NCBI RefSeq assembly: GCF_032444005.1
Contig: NC_091289.1
Location: 8,494,001-8,558,000, forward strand
Source: Ranitomeya imitator
Taxonomy: Eukaryota
Direction: 5' to 3'
Length of the DNA: 64,000 bases
In this document: positions 63,677-64,000 of the stretch, one piece after another
Layout of the letters: every line of letters starts with the position of its first letter
Numbering within the stretch: the first letter of the stretch is position 1
Notes under the pieces: generated by a model
Databases searched by the model: none
Told to the model about the DNA's origin: nothing
What the model saw: only the letters and a program-made list of their open reading frames with translations
Made by a program: the position numbers and the translations under genes

Positions 63677-64000
63677 AGGCTTACTAATCAGAAGAGGCGC
63701 CGTGACGTGGCAGATACTAGGTGCGATGGCCACGGACTACTAATGTCGCTGCCAGAACAGAAACCTTCAGATCTTTTTGCTCAGCTTTTTTATGCTTCGG
63801 TTATTTCAGCCGACAAATTTGGACCATTTTTTTTTTAAAGTTGAAAAGTTGTAAGAATTGACATGATGATTAATTCCCAGGTGGGAAAATAATAGCACCT
63901 TGTGCACCAGAGCCCCCTCATTGCAGTAGCTACGCTCCCACGATGAGTTTTTGGTGAGTTTTTTATGCTGCGTAATTTACAAAAAAAATGCAAGTAACTT

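Noticed and set aside
1-64000. CRISPR-like arrays or prokaryotic systems
   Set aside because: The repeats are contiguous with no unique spacers, and the DNA is intron-containing vertebrate sequence with no cas genes

Overview
Eukaryotic (anuran-like, probably a hyloid frog; inferred from repeat style, not verified) genomic window. It holds a head-to-tail tandem cluster of four SSUH2-family genes, all on the minus strand, reconstructed by hand from GT-AG splice sites and phase continuity. Paralog A has CDS 54977..47309 (12 exons, 402 aa) and paralog B has CDS 38621..25647 (12 exons, 407 aa). Paralog C runs from about 21651..13920 (11 coding exons found, about 453-460 aa). Paralog D has 7 exons at 5758..3701, and its 3' exons run off the left edge. 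The proteins carry DnaJ-type CxxCxGxG zinc-finger repeats, and the three complete ones end in CaaX boxes (CVIL, CVVM, CAVM). Roughly a third of the window is minisatellite (about 14 arrays with units of about 20-135 bp). Several arrays are traceable to transposons: one is an amplified CR1 reverse-transcriptase motif, four sit inside palindromic MITE-like elements, one lies in a Helitron, and two carry a CTCF-like core in every unit. Other elements are a CR1 LINE, two Tc1 remnants, a Penelope-like inverted repeat with hammerhead-like cores, hAT and Harbinger MITEs and a V-SINE-like element. The long ORFs in the supplied track are almost all artefacts of the tandem repeats.
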